From an uncultured bacterium (GTDB lineage Bacteria; Krumholzibacteriota; Krumholzibacteriia; G020349025), in contig CAZMNW010000061.1 of assembly GCA_964567755.1 (NCBI GenBank), forward strand, positions 4,890 to 68,889: a stretch of 64,000 nt of DNA. The letters run 5' to 3'. The stretch's first letter is position 1. Each line of letters starts with the position of its first letter. Positions 36,803 through 47,375 of this stretch are shown in pieces. The notes under the pieces are model-generated. The model was not told the origin of the DNA. It made no database searches and saw only the letters and a list, made by a program, of their open reading frames with translations. The position numbers and the translations under genes are program-made.

Positions 36803-38109
36803 GCGTGGATCTCCTCGAGGGCAGCGCCGATGGCGCGCACAGTCTCGTCGACCACGGGCTCATCGTGGGCGGCACTCAAGAAACACGCTTCGAACTGCGA
36901 AGGCGCGAGCAAGACGCCGCGGCGCAACAAGGCTTGGTGAAAGCGGGCGAACAGCTTGGTGTCGCAGCGCGCGGCCTCGACCCAGCTGCGCACGGGCCCG
37001 GCGTGGAAGAACAACGTCCACATCGACCCGATGTGCTGCACGCAAGCGTGGAATCCGAGGCGTTGCAGGTGCGCTTCGATGCCGGTCACGAGCCGCTGCG
37101 TCCGCGCCTCGAGACGCGTGTAGAGATCCGGGGTCGCCGCAATGAGCTCGAGCATGGCCAGGCCGGCGGCGACAGCGACCGGATTCCCCGACAGCGTGCC
37201 GGCTTGGTAGACCGGGCCGCTGGGGGCGATCATCTCCATGAGCTCGCGCCGCCCGCCGTAAGCACCGATCGGCAACCCGCCGCCGATGATCTTGCCGAAG
37301 GTGACGAGATCGGCGCGAATGCCGAGCCGCTCCTGCGCTCCTCCGGCTGCGAGACGGAACCCGGTCATCACCTCGTCGAAAAGAAGCAAAGCCTCGTTGG
37401 CGTCGCACAGCTCGCGCAGTTTCTGCAAGAAAAGCCGTCTCGGCAGCACGACACCCATGTTGCCGACGACGGGCTCGACGATGACCGCGGCGATGGCGCC
37501 ATGGTTGGCGTCGAAGTACTCGGCGACGAGATCGGCGTCGTTGAATTCGGCGACCAGCGTATCCGCGGCCACTCCGGTCGGCACACCGGGGCTGTCGGGG
37601 AGCCCGAGCGTCACCACGCCGGACCCGGCCTTGATGAGGAAGGAATCGGCGTGACCGTGATAGCAACCGGCGAACTTCACGATCTTGGAACGGCCGGTGT
37701 AGGCGCGGGCCAGGCGAATGGCGGACATCGTGGCCTCGGTGCCGGAGTTCACCAACCGGACCATGTCGACGCCGGGGACCATGGCGCAGATGCGTTCGGC
37801 GATCTCGATCTCGGCTGCGGTGGGTATGCCGAAGCTGGTGCCGCGCGCAGAGGCGGACCGCACGGCTTCGACGATGCGCGGGTGCGCGTGACCGAAGAGG
37901 AGAGGTCCCCAGGAGCCGATGTAGTCGATGTAGCGCCGCCCGTCTTCGTCCCAGATGGTAGAGCCTTCGCCTCGAGCGGCGAAGATCGCTTCACCACCGA
38001 CGGCGCGGAAGGCGCGCACGGGAGAATTCACGCCTCCTGGAATCCAGTGGAGCGCGCGGTTCATGAGCTCGCGACTGCGCGGGCCGGTAGTGTCGTCCAC
38101 GGCAACCAT
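36799..38109 (-). CDS. hemL: Glutamate-1-semialdehyde 2,1-aminomutase
   Basis: PGGVNSPVRAF, NSGTEA, FDEVMTGFR, GKIIGGG and QAGTLSGNP. Confidence 0.97.
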   Translation of the reverse strand: MVAVDDTTGPRSRELMNRALHWIPGGVNSPVRAFRAVGGEAIFAARGEGSTIWDEDGRRYIDYIGSWGPLLFGHAHPRIVEAVRSASARGTSFGIPTAAEIEIAERICAMVPGVDMVRLVNSGTEATMSAIRLARAYTGRSKIVKFAGCYHGHADSFLIKAGSGVVTLGLPDSPGVPTGVAADTLVAEFNDADLVAEYFDANHGAIAAVIVEPVVGNMGVVLPRRLFLQKLRELCDANEALLLFDEVMTGFRLAAGGAQERLGIRADLVTFGKIIGGGLPIGAYGGRRELMEMIAPSGPVYQAGTLSGNPVAVAAGLAMLELIAATPDLYTRLEARTQRLVTGIEAHLQRLGFHACVQHIGSMWTLFFHAGPVRSWVEAARCDTKLFARFHQALLRRGVLLAPSQFEACFLSAAHDEPVVDETVRAIGAALEEIHA

Positions 38110-38234
38110 CCCATTGCGCCAACGCGCGTGCATCGTTCGCGGCCAGAGGCCGGTTCACCCGCGCGTGCAGTCGGAATCTATCACAGGATCTCGAGTACCG
38201 GGAGGTCAGAGCGGGGTGTGCCGGCCGGCGTTCT

Positions 38235-40055
38235 TCATTTCAACACGATGAGCTTGCGCGTTTCGCGTTCGACATGGCCGGGCTGGTCGAGGAAGGCAGC
38301 CTGCAAACGCAGATAGTAGGCGCCCGACGGCACGCCGTGGCCGCCATCGTCCAGGCCGTTCCACTCGATCGAGTAACTGGTGGCCTGCAACGGTTCGGAA
38401 AGCAACGCGCGCACGAGCCGGCCGCGAACGTCGAAGAGATGCAGGGTCACGTGCGCCGGTGCGGGCAGCTCGATGCGAATCGGTGTCGAGGGCACAAGGG
38501 GATAGGGGTTGGGCACGATGCGAGCGGTTCGGCCACCGAACGGCGGTGGCTCGGGACCCAAGTCGCGGAGCGCACGGTATGCCGCGAACGCATCGACGAT
38601 GCCCCACCCTTGGTAACGATCGGGTGCCGCGGCGCGGCTCGCGGTGGAACGCAAGGCATCGCGGATCTGCAGCGGTGTTGCGTCGGGGAAGGCGGAGATC
38701 AGCAGTGCCGCCACTCCGGCGACCAGTGGACATGCAGCCGACGTGCCGCCACCCGCGCCGTAGACCATGGGGTTGTCCGCTTGCGCCATGATGGTGCCGA
38801 TGCCTTCGGCGAGAACGTCCGGTTTGGTGCGTCCATCGGCGGTCGGCCCGTAGGAGCTGAGGATGGAGTAGACGCCGTTCCGATCGACGGCGCCGACGCC
38901 GATGACGGAATCGCCGTCGGCCGGTGCGAAGAGAGTATTGGGTGCGGTGAAGATTCCCTCGTTGCCGGCTGCATTCACCACGACGATTCCACGCGCCACG
39001 GCCATGTCGGCGGCACGGGTGATGACAGTCGTGTTGCCATCCATGTCTTCCCAGCCGTGATCGAATCGAGGATCGTCGAAAGTGCGGTAACCGACGGACG
39101 AGCTCACGACGTCAGCGCCAATGCTATCCGCCCATTCCACTGCCGCGACCCACAGGTCCTCCTCGAGCGGAGATTCGACGGCGTCGTTCTCGGTGCGTGC
39201 CAGGAGGAAGTCGGCTTCGAAGGCGGGTCCGATGAGCTTCCCGGGTTTGTATCCAGCCAGAATCGACAGTGTTTCCAACCCATGCGACGAGCACACCTGC
39301 CCCGCAGGGCAGGGAGCGGGGTCGGGATTTTCTTCATCGAGGACGAAGTCCCAGGTGGCATGGATACGCAGGTTCGCCATGGATTCGTGCGACAGCTGAC
39401 GATAGCCATTGTCGAAGTGGGCGATGAGGACGCCGCTTCCGGTCAGCCCCATGCGATGCAGGTCGACGACGCCGATTTGGTTCAGCTGGTTGAACGATGG
39501 GCCATACGGAAACGGTGACGGTGGCGTATCCAGTAAACCGGAGTCGGCCTGCCGCCGCATATCCGCGGCGGATGGCGTCGCGGCCTTGGATGCGGACGAG
39601 GGATCCGGGGCTCGTCGCGCCAAAGGTTGAATGCCACGCACGCACGGCAGCGCGCGCAACGCCGCCAGTTGCGCCGGTGTGGCGTCGACGCTCACCGCAT
39701 TGAGCCACTTCGAGAGCTGCCGCAGCCGCTGCACCCGTGCAGCAACCGCCGCCACATAAGATGGCTCGAGCCGCAGATCGCCGCCATCGATCACCTGTTG
39801 TGGCTCGCGCACCTTGAGCCGGCGCCGGAGCGATCGCTCGGAAACGAGCGTCTGCGCCACCGATGGCTTGGCCGTGCTCTGTGGACCCTTGTCACGGAAG
39901 AAAACCCAGGCGCGGAGGACGAGGCCAGGTTTGGGCTCGCTGTCCTCTGCGCGCGCAGCGCTTGTTCCGGGACTCCAAGACACGCCGAGGAGACTCCCCG
40001 CAATGCACAGCATCCGGAGTCGAGTGAGGAGATTGGCTCGGCGTGACAACGGCAT
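38235..40055 (-). CDS. Secreted S8 (subtilase) serine peptidase with a C-terminal FlgD-Ig/T9SS-CTD-like domain
   Basis: Triad FDNG, SHG and GTSAACP; tail PNPY...LFDVRGRLVR...EWNGLDDGG..VPSGAYYLRL...KLIVLK. Confidence 0.92.
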   Translation of the reverse strand: MPLSRRANLLTRLRMLCIAGSLLGVSWSPGTSAARAEDSEPKPGLVLRAWVFFRDKGPQSTAKPSVAQTLVSERSLRRRLKVREPQQVIDGGDLRLEPSYVAAVAARVQRLRQLSKWLNAVSVDATPAQLAALRALPCVRGIQPLARRAPDPSSASKAATPSAADMRRQADSGLLDTPPSPFPYGPSFNQLNQIGVVDLHRMGLTGSGVLIAHFDNGYRQLSHESMANLRIHATWDFVLDEENPDPAPCPAGQVCSSHGLETLSILAGYKPGKLIGPAFEADFLLARTENDAVESPLEEDLWVAAVEWADSIGADVVSSSVGYRTFDDPRFDHGWEDMDGNTTVITRAADMAVARGIVVVNAAGNEGIFTAPNTLFAPADGDSVIGVGAVDRNGVYSILSSYGPTADGRTKPDVLAEGIGTIMAQADNPMVYGAGGGTSAACPLVAGVAALLISAFPDATPLQIRDALRSTASRAAAPDRYQGWGIVDAFAAYRALRDLGPEPPPFGGRTARIVPNPYPLVPSTPIRIELPAPAHVTLHLFDVRGRLVRALLSEPLQATSYSIEWNGLDDGGHGVPSGAYYLRLQAAFLDQPGHVERETRKLIVLK

Positions 40056-40103
40056 GCACCCTCGGCGGAACGGGCTTCATCATTATAGCATCCGACCGGC
40101 GGA

Positions 40104-41099
40104 TTACCCCGCCCATCCCTGCAAGTGCTGCATGACGATCTCCACCAGAGCGGTGACGTGATCGGAGCGATCGTTGAGCGCCGGGATGTAGCGCAAGCGC
40201 TGGCCACCGGACTGCAAGAAGCCCTGTCGGCTGCGAATGGCGATCTCTTCGAGCGTCTCGAGACAATCGACGGCGAAGCCCGGGCAAATGACGTCGACGC
40301 TCGCGACCCCCTTGCGCGCCCACTCTTGGAGTGTCGGATCGGTATACGGTTGCAGCCATTCCTCGCGCCCGAAGCGCGACTGATATGCGAGCGCAAAGCG
40401 GTGCGCATCGAGGCCCAGAGCCGTGGCGAGACGCGCCGCAGTCTGCTCGCACTGGCCGCGGTAGGGGTCGCCGGCCGCGTCGTAGCGTTTGGGTAAGCCA
40501 TGGAACGAGACGAGCAGGCGATCGGAAGCGCCGTGCTGCTCCCAGAACTCACGCACGCTGCGCGCGAGAGCCTCGATGTATCGACCCTGATCGTGGTAGC
40601 CAAAGATCGTGCGCATTTCCGGCACACGCCGCCAACCCGCGAGCGCTCGCGTCACGGCGTCGAACGCGGAGCCCGTGGTCGGGGACGAGTACTGTGGAAA
40701 CAGCGGCAGCACGATCAGGTGCTGGCAGCCGGCTGCACGCAACTGTTCGAGTGCGCGCGCCATGCTCGGATTGCCGTACCCCATGCCGATGGCGACTTCG
40801 ACCGGGTTGGTGACCTGGAGGCGCAGCGCGCCGGCGAGCGCGGTGGCGAGATCCTGCATGATGCAGAGGAGCGGCGACCCCTCGTTGGTCCAGATGCTGG
40901 CATACGCGTGCGCCGAGCGCCGCGGTCGCAATGGCAAAATGATCAGATACAGGATGGGAAGCCAAATGGCGCGTGGCAGGTCGACGACACGCCGGTCGGA
41001 AAGGAACTGCCGCAGATAACGTCGGACCGCCGCGGCCGTGGGTGCGTCCGGCGTTCCGACGTTGGTGAGCAGGACGCCAATTCGAGCCTGCATTCTCAT
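40104..41099 (-). CDS. hemH: Ferrochelatase
   Basis: LTNVGTPD, LFPQYS, SFHGLP, YQSRFG, WLQPYT and DCLETLEEI. Confidence 0.96.
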   Translation of the reverse strand: MRMQARIGVLLTNVGTPDAPTAAAVRRYLRQFLSDRRVVDLPRAIWLPILYLIILPLRPRRSAHAYASIWTNEGSPLLCIMQDLATALAGALRLQVTNPVEVAIGMGYGNPSMARALEQLRAAGCQHLIVLPLFPQYSSPTTGSAFDAVTRALAGWRRVPEMRTIFGYHDQGRYIEALARSVREFWEQHGASDRLLVSFHGLPKRYDAAGDPYRGQCEQTAARLATALGLDAHRFALAYQSRFGREEWLQPYTDPTLQEWARKGVASVDVICPGFAVDCLETLEEIAIRSRQGFLQSGGQRLRYIPALNDRSDHVTALVEIVMQHLQGWAG

Positions 41100-41306
41100 C
41101 TCCCACCGTGACGTTCCGGGGCCCCCGCGCCTGCGCCGCCACCCGACCGAGCGGGCGTCGACACGATTGGCGGGCGGCTTCGCCACCGCCGGGCATTCTC
41201 GCACATGGGGGGTGTCCCTTGACGGCCCCAGATTCGTGCCGTTTACTCGCTCCTCGAAATGCCGGCGAGATCGGACCGCACATTCATCGATTTCAAGGAG
41301 TCGTTC

Positions 41307-42383
41307 GTGAACCAGCAAGGCCGCGATTCACATTTTCTGCGGCGCCGCGGGCCAGCCGTGTTGGCGGCGATGGCGCTGTGGAACGCGTGCGCCAGCGGCG
41401 CCGGGGCAGAGGACCCGCCTGACCGCAAGGAAACGCATCTTCGTAACGTTCGCCAACTCACTTTCGGCGGCGAGAATGCCGAGGCCTACTGGTCACACGA
41501 TGGCAAGCAGCTCATCCTGCAATCGACCCGCGACAGCCTCGGGTGCGATCAGATCTTCGTCATGAACCCGGAGGGTTCGAACACGCGCATGGTGTCCACG
41601 GGCAAAGGACGCACGACGTGCGCCTATTTCTTCCCGAACGGCAAGCGCATCCTGTATGCATCGACCCATGCCGCGAGCCCCGACTGCCCGCCAGCCCCGG
41701 ACTTCTCCAAGGGTTACGTGTGGAAGCTGTACCCGACGTATGATTTGTACGCTGCCGATCCTGACGGGACCAATCTCTTGCGTCTCACCACGACCGAGGG
41801 CTACGACGCCGAAGCGACGATTGCCCCCGATGGCAGCCGTGTCATCTTCACCTCCGAGCGCGACGGCGATCTCGACCTCTACACCATGCGGCTCGACGGC
41901 ACCGACGTCCGCCGGCTCACCACCGAGCTGGGCTACGATGGCGGCGCGTTCTTCTCGCCCGACAGCAAGAAGATCGTCTGGCGCGCATCGAGACCACGCA
42001 GCGCCGAGGACAAGGCGGCGTATACCGCGCTGCTGCACGACCACACCATTCGCCCGGGGGCGCTGGAGATTTTCACCGCCAACGCCGATGGCAGCGCTGC
42101 GCGCCAGTTGACGCAGAATGACGCTGCCAATTTCTGCCCGTTCTTCTTCCCGGACGGGAAGCGAATCATCTTCGCCTCCAACATGGCGAATCCCCAGGGC
42201 CGGAACTTCGACCTGTGGATGATGAACGTCGACGGCTCGGGCCTCGAGCAAGTGACATTCGATCCGACCTTCGACGGGTTCCCCATGTTCAGTCCGGATG
42301 GTAAGCGGTTGGTGTTCGCCAGCAACCGCAACTCGAAGGGTCGCACCGACACGAACGTCTTCCTCGCCGATTGGGTCGAGTGA
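41307..42383 (+). CDS. Secreted TolB-like PD40-repeat protein
   Basis: GTG after AAGGAG; signal peptide; ENAEAYWS, YDAEAT and repeated FSPDG. Confidence 0.88.
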   Translation: MNQQGRDSHFLRRRGPAVLAAMALWNACASGAGAEDPPDRKETHLRNVRQLTFGGENAEAYWSHDGKQLILQSTRDSLGCDQIFVMNPEGSNTRMVSTGKGRTTCAYFFPNGKRILYASTHAASPDCPPAPDFSKGYVWKLYPTYDLYAADPDGTNLLRLTTTEGYDAEATIAPDGSRVIFTSERDGDLDLYTMRLDGTDVRRLTTELGYDGGAFFSPDSKKIVWRASRPRSAEDKAAYTALLHDHTIRPGALEIFTANADGSAARQLTQNDAANFCPFFFPDGKRIIFASNMANPQGRNFDLWMMNVDGSGLEQVTFDPTFDGFPMFSPDGKRLVFASNRNSKGRTDTNVFLADWVE

Positions 42384-42388
42384 ATTCC

Positions 42389-43189
42389 ATGCGCAGACTC
42401 GCGATCATCGGCGGAGGTTTCATGGGCGCCGCGCTCGCCGAAGGGCTCGTGGCCTCCGGGTGGGAGCGCGATGCGATCGTGGTCTCGGGGCGAAGAGAGT
42501 CGCGGCGGCGCGCCTTGCACGAGCGCCTCGGTCTCGAAACCACGGACGATTCGGCCGCTGCTGCGGCCAGCGCGCCGACGGTGCTGTTCGCGGTCAAACC
42601 GCAGGACATGAAAGCGGCGCTGGCGCAAGTGGCGCCGCAATACACCCGCGACAAGCTCGCGATCAGCATCGCGGCGGGGATTCCCATCGCGCGGCTCGAG
42701 ACCGCGTTGAATGGGTGTCCGGTGATTCGCGCCATGCCCAACACACCGGCCGCCATCGGCATGGGTGTCACGGCCGTCGCCAAGGGCCGCTACGCCACCG
42801 ACACGCATCTGGTGACCGCGCTCAACATCTTCGGGTACGTGGGCAAGACGGTGATCGTCGAGGAACCGCAGATGGATGCAGTTACCGCGGTGAGCGGCAC
42901 CGGTCCAGCTTACTTGTTCCTGCTCGCCGAGGCCCTGATTCAAGCAGCAATCCGCGAGGGGCTCAGCAAGGAACAGGCATATGCGCTCACCTATCAAACG
43001 CTCGCAGGTGCCTCACGTTTGCTGACGCACGACCCGGCCGATCCCGCCGAGCTGCGGGCACGGGTGACATCGCCGAATGGCACCACGCACGCCGCCATGA
43101 AGCACTTGGAAGGCGAGCACTGGACGCGCACCTTCGTCGAGGCCGTGCACGCTGCGCGCCAACGCTCGGAAGAGCTGGGTCGTGGATGA
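42389..43189 (+). CDS. proC: Pyrroline-5-carboxylate reductase
   Basis: IGGGFMG, AVKPQ, RAMPNTP, TAVSGTGPAY and VTSPNGTT. Confidence 0.96.
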   Translation: MRRLAIIGGGFMGAALAEGLVASGWERDAIVVSGRRESRRRALHERLGLETTDDSAAAAASAPTVLFAVKPQDMKAALAQVAPQYTRDKLAISIAAGIPIARLETALNGCPVIRAMPNTPAAIGMGVTAVAKGRYATDTHLVTALNIFGYVGKTVIVEEPQMDAVTAVSGTGPAYLFLLAEALIQAAIREGLSKEQAYALTYQTLAGASRLLTHDPADPAELRARVTSPNGTTHAAMKHLEGEHWTRTFVEAVHAARQRSEELGRG

Positions 43190-44322
43190 GGGCGAGCGCT
43201 CGGTCTCGATCGCCGCGGAATTTTGCGCATCCGATCACGCCGCACACCGCCGCAAGCTGGCGAGTGATGATCCTCAGCGCGGTGGTCGGTCTGCTGGGGC
43301 CGATGGCAGCATCACCCTCTGGCGCTCTGGACGTCGATCTGGTTCACGTCGCCCCCGGGGTGCATGCGGCGCTGCAAGCGCCGGATAAGCGCTTCAACGA
43401 TTGCAATTCCGTCGTCATCGTGGGCGCGGCGGACGTCCTCGTCGTCGATGCGCAGGCGAGTGCGGCGTACGTGCAGGGACTGATCGCGCGCATCCGCGCG
43501 CTCACCGACAAGCCGGTGCGGACGTTGGTGCATACCCATTGGCATGCGGACCACACGCAGAACGCCGGTCTGTACACGGACGCCTTCGGAGACTCGCTCG
43601 AGATCATTGGCCATGTGTCGCTTGGCGACGACATTCGCGCGCGCGCCATCCCACAGCTCCTCGGTGAGGTGGATGAGCTGGAGGCGGCGATCGTGGCTGC
43701 CAAGGAGCGACTCGAACACGGGATGGCGCGCGACGGCAGCCTGCTCGACGCCGCGGGCAAGGCGACGCTGGCGGCGCAGATCGAGGCCGCGGGTGTCACG
43801 CTGGCCGAGAAACGTACGCCGCGTTTTCCCGAACCCACGCGAACGGTGACGCAAGAACTCGCTCTGCAAGACGGCGAACACACGATTCGATTGCTGCACT
43901 TCCGCGCCCACACACGTGGCGATCTGATTGTTTTCTTGCCGGCCGAGAAGGTGCTCGTGACCGGCGATGTGCTCGACGATCTGCCGTTTGGCGGTCATGG
44001 CTACCCGCGCGAATGGATCGCGGCGCTCTCGGCTCTCGAGCGCCTCGACTTCGACACCATCGTTCCCGGACATGGGCAGATCCGGCACGGCAAGGAGCAC
44101 CTGCGGCGCGTGCGCGATTTCTTCACCGCGATCGTCGAGCAGGTCGATGCAGCAGTGCGCGAGGGCAAGTCGCTGGCGGACACGCAGGCTGCGATCGACT
44201 GGACCTCCTGGCGCACAGCACTCGCCGGGAACGACGCCCGGGCGCAGCGCGCCTTCGACACCTTCGCGCCGGCCGCGGTCGAGCGCGCCTGGCTCGAAGC
44301 TCGCGCCGAGCTTCCCGACTGA
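43186..44322 (+). CDS. Exported MBL-fold metallo-hydrolase (cyclase/glyoxalase II-like)
   Basis: HTHWHADH, AHTRGD, TGD and VPGHG; ATGA overlap with proC. Confidence 0.9.
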   Translation: MRASARSRSPRNFAHPITPHTAASWRVMILSAVVGLLGPMAASPSGALDVDLVHVAPGVHAALQAPDKRFNDCNSVVIVGAADVLVVDAQASAAYVQGLIARIRALTDKPVRTLVHTHWHADHTQNAGLYTDAFGDSLEIIGHVSLGDDIRARAIPQLLGEVDELEAAIVAAKERLEHGMARDGSLLDAAGKATLAAQIEAAGVTLAEKRTPRFPEPTRTVTQELALQDGEHTIRLLHFRAHTRGDLIVFLPAEKVLVTGDVLDDLPFGGHGYPREWIAALSALERLDFDTIVPGHGQIRHGKEHLRRVRDFFTAIVEQVDAAVREGKSLADTQAAIDWTSWRTALAGNDARAQRAFDTFAPAAVERAWLEARAELPD

Positions 44323-44393
44323 ATCGATTCGGCGCTTCTCAGGGCGACTGCTCGTGGTCGCCTTCACAGGTTCCCACACCCGCCTGCGGTTCG

Positions 44394-45074
44394 TCAGACA
44401 CCCAGGAACAGCAAATCCACCGCGAGGCGAAACACCGGCCGGAAGATGCTGCCGAAGATGCGCCAGACGATGAGCATTCCCATCATCGCGACCATCGGTT
44501 GCGCGAAGATCTCCTGCACGCGGGCGCTGTAGTCGCGGCCGAGGAGGAGCGGCAGCACGCCGCTGCCGTCGAGGGGTGGAAAGGGCAGAATGTTGAGAAC
44601 GAAAAGGAGGAGATTCATCGAGAAGAGCACGCACACGATGAGCGCGACGCTTTCCCATCCCGGCCAACCATTCACCAGATGCGCGATGCTCGCCTCACCC
44701 GGCATGAACCATCCGGCGCCGAGCCCCAAGCGGATCAGCAACGCGGCCACGAGTGCCAAGGTCAGGTTCGCCGCCGGCCCGGCAAGCGACATGAGCGCTG
44801 ATCGCTTCGGGTAACGTCGTGCCCACTGCGGATCGTAGGGGGCGCTGGCGAAACCCATCGGCCAGCCGGAAAGGAACACCGAGAGCAATGGTAAGATCAC
44901 CATACCGAACGGTTCTCGACGAATGTGCGGCAGTGGATTGATCGACACCTGCCCGCCGCGATACGCAGTGAGATCGCCGCCGAGCATGCCGACCCAGGCG
45001 TGGGCTGCTTCGTGCAGCGTGGTCGAGAGCAAGAAAACGACGTAGAACACGACAGCTTCGAAAGGGTGGGCCAC
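44394..45074 (-). CDS. Site-2 protease (M50) family membrane metalloprotease
   Basis: LHEAAH, LAGPAAN and NILPFPPLDG. Start uncertain. Confidence 0.9.
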   Translation of the reverse strand: MAHPFEAVVFYVVFLLSTTLHEAAHAWVGMLGGDLTAYRGGQVSINPLPHIRREPFGMVILPLLSVFLSGWPMGFASAPYDPQWARRYPKRSALMSLAGPAANLTLALVAALLIRLGLGAGWFMPGEASIAHLVNGWPGWESVALIVCVLFSMNLLLFVLNILPFPPLDGSGVLPLLLGRDYSARVQEIFAQPMVAMMGMLIVWRIFGSIFRPVFRLAVDLLFLGV

Positions 45075-45195
45075 GCGAAGACCTCTCGGATTCCAAGACC
45101 CGCGCACCATATCACGCCAGGGGATCCGCCGGCACGGTTTCGGGCGCAGTGGTGTCACACTTCGATCCAGCCCGAAAGGCCGTCACGCGCGTTGG

Positions 45196-46338
45196 ATGGG
45201 TACGAGCCTGCGTGTGGTCGGGAGCACCGCGCGCAGCTTCGCGCTTGCTGCAGGTTTCACGGCGCACGCCCTCGCTCAGACCTCTGAACCGCCAGCGAAA
45301 CCGCCGAGCAACCAGTCACAGCTTTTCCCGCCCAAGTTGGCGCTCGCTGGCGCTTTCATTCTGCCGACAATCTCCTACTCGCAGGAGATTGGCTTTGGCG
45401 TCGGGGCTGAAGTGTTGTTCCCATTCCTGCTTTCCGCCAGCGAAACGGCGCATCCATCGGAGGTGCGCGTTAAGGGACTCGTGACCTTCAAAGGCCAGAC
45501 CCGGCTCGACGTTTCCACCGCGCTCTACTTTCGCGATGGCGCCCACTTCCTGAAGGCGAGGGTGTCGCATCGGGGGACCTCCGAACGCTTCTACGGCATC
45601 GGTCCCTCTACACCCGTGAGCCACGAGGAGATCTACCGGCCGCGGCGCTTCTTGGCCTACATCGAAGGTTTTCATCAGGTCTCGCCATATTTCAAGGCTG
45701 GGTTGCGAGCGGAAATGGAGTTCTTCGAGTTCCTCGAGCGCGAGGTTGGCGGCCAGCTCGAGGACCCGACGTATGCGAACACCAGCGGCGAAACCGCCTT
45801 GGGTCTCGGCGTGGCGCTCGAATGGGATACGCGCGACCGGCGCTACGGTCCCACACGCGGTCTCTACTACCAGGTGTTCGGCATGCTCTTCGACGATGCC
45901 CTCGGCAGCGATTTCGACTTCAACAACTACAACATCGATCTGCGCAACTACTTCTCGCTCGGGCCGGAGCATGTCTTGGCCACGCAACTGTTCCTCTATG
46001 GCGCCACCGACAGTCCGCCATTCTGGCGTCTGGCGTCACTCGGCGGCCGCGTGCACACACGCGGCTATCGTCGCGATCGATTTCTCGACCAGGTGTTGGT
46101 GGCGGTGCAGGGCGAGTATCGAGCCCCGGTGGTGTGGCGACTGAGCGCCAGCGTGTTCGGCGGCGTGGCCACCGTGGCCCCCGCGATCGCCACGCTGGAG
46201 TTTCAGTACTTGCACCCGACGATCGGGTTCGGGCTCAACATGCATTACAAAGCCAACAAGGCCATCGTCGCCCGACTCGACAACGGGTTCGGCGAAGATG
46301 GGATCCGCATCGACTTCGGGATCAGCGAGTCCTTCTGA
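45196..46338 (+). CDS. BamA/TamA (Omp85)-family barrel-only outer-membrane protein
   Basis: Signal peptide; WDTRD, LGG...RGY..RF motifs; C-terminal Phe; no POTRA domains evident. Confidence 0.85.
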   Translation: MGTSLRVVGSTARSFALAAGFTAHALAQTSEPPAKPPSNQSQLFPPKLALAGAFILPTISYSQEIGFGVGAEVLFPFLLSASETAHPSEVRVKGLVTFKGQTRLDVSTALYFRDGAHFLKARVSHRGTSERFYGIGPSTPVSHEEIYRPRRFLAYIEGFHQVSPYFKAGLRAEMEFFEFLEREVGGQLEDPTYANTSGETALGLGVALEWDTRDRRYGPTRGLYYQVFGMLFDDALGSDFDFNNYNIDLRNYFSLGPEHVLATQLFLYGATDSPPFWRLASLGGRVHTRGYRRDRFLDQVLVAVQGEYRAPVVWRLSASVFGGVATVAPAIATLEFQYLHPTIGFGLNMHYKANKAIVARLDNGFGEDGIRIDFGISESF

Positions 46339-46345
46339 CCGGTGG

Positions 46346-47362
46346 TTATTCCAAGCGCAACGCGTCGAAATAGAGGCTGACTGGTTGCGGGGGATCGACA
46401 GTGAAGATCACGATCCGGGCGATGTGCGTCAGGTCCATTTCGCGGCCTCGAGGCGTTCGGCGCACGTCCGCGAGCGGAATGCGGAACAGATTGGCGCCCG
46501 GGGAGACGGTCAAAGGCCGGTTGAAACGGTCGTCGTATTGCTGGTTGTGCACGGCGTCGTCGATCCGGAGCACAATCTCGACCGGCGTCTCGAGTTGCGA
46601 AAAGACTTCGAAGACCAAAGCTTGTTGACGGCTCCAATCGCGCACCGGTTCCTTGAGGGCGAAGCACGGATAGTTGCCGCCGCGAAATGTCATATGGCCC
46701 ACCATGTCGTCGGTTTGCCCTGATTCCCAACCGGAGGGTCGCGGCGTGCGCTCGAGATCCGAGTCCCTCATTTGGACGAAGTACGTTTCCCAGCGTGCAT
46801 CGAAATCACATAGACGGGGGAAAGCGGCATCACGTTGCATAGTGGCCACGACTACGGCGCCGACGGGCGCGAAGGCCAACACGTACAGCAGCATCGCGCT
46901 CCCGAGCAGCGCGGTGCGTGCACCGCGCCGACGCACGAGGTGACCGCCCGCATCACGGACGCAGGCCCACTCGGCCGACAGCATCCCCGCGGCACCAAGA
47001 CCATTGCGCACCAGATCGCCGAGACTGGCGTCGCGCGGCAAGATGATCTGCACCATCTCGATGCCAAGCCCGCACGCCATGGTGAAACCGAAGGCCCAAA
47101 GTGAGGCGCGCAACGGCGAACAGGCGCCCCCAGTCCACGCCAGGATCAGTTGCAAGAACACGAGCGCGAGGTACCCGGAGACCACGGCATGGCCGGCATC
47201 GAAGAGCGATTTCCATAACATCGTCTCGGCGGGGGGGCGCAGCAATGCCACCAGAGCCACGAGGGCGCCGGCGGAGGCGATCCAAAACAGAACGCGCTCG
47301 GGTTGCTTCGGCCCAAGAGTCACGAGTGCTGGGCCTCCCGCAGCAACCCCAGGTTTCTGCAT
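46346..47362 (-). CDS. VanZ-like membrane protein with a C-terminal carbohydrate-binding-like beta-sandwich
   Basis: DAGHA, GLGIEMVQIILPRDASLGDLVRNGLG; C-terminal DWS..ALVFEV...LRIDD...YFDALRLE. Confidence 0.7.
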   Translation of the reverse strand: MQKPGVAAGGPALVTLGPKQPERVLFWIASAGALVALVALLRPPAETMLWKSLFDAGHAVVSGYLALVFLQLILAWTGGACSPLRASLWAFGFTMACGLGIEMVQIILPRDASLGDLVRNGLGAAGMLSAEWACVRDAGGHLVRRRGARTALLGSAMLLYVLAFAPVGAVVVATMQRDAAFPRLCDFDARWETYFVQMRDSDLERTPRPSGWESGQTDDMVGHMTFRGGNYPCFALKEPVRDWSRQQALVFEVFSQLETPVEIVLRIDDAVHNQQYDDRFNRPLTVSPGANLFRIPLADVRRTPRGREMDLTHIARIVIFTVDPPQPVSLYFDALRLE

Positions 47363-47375
47363 TCCTGAAACGGTG

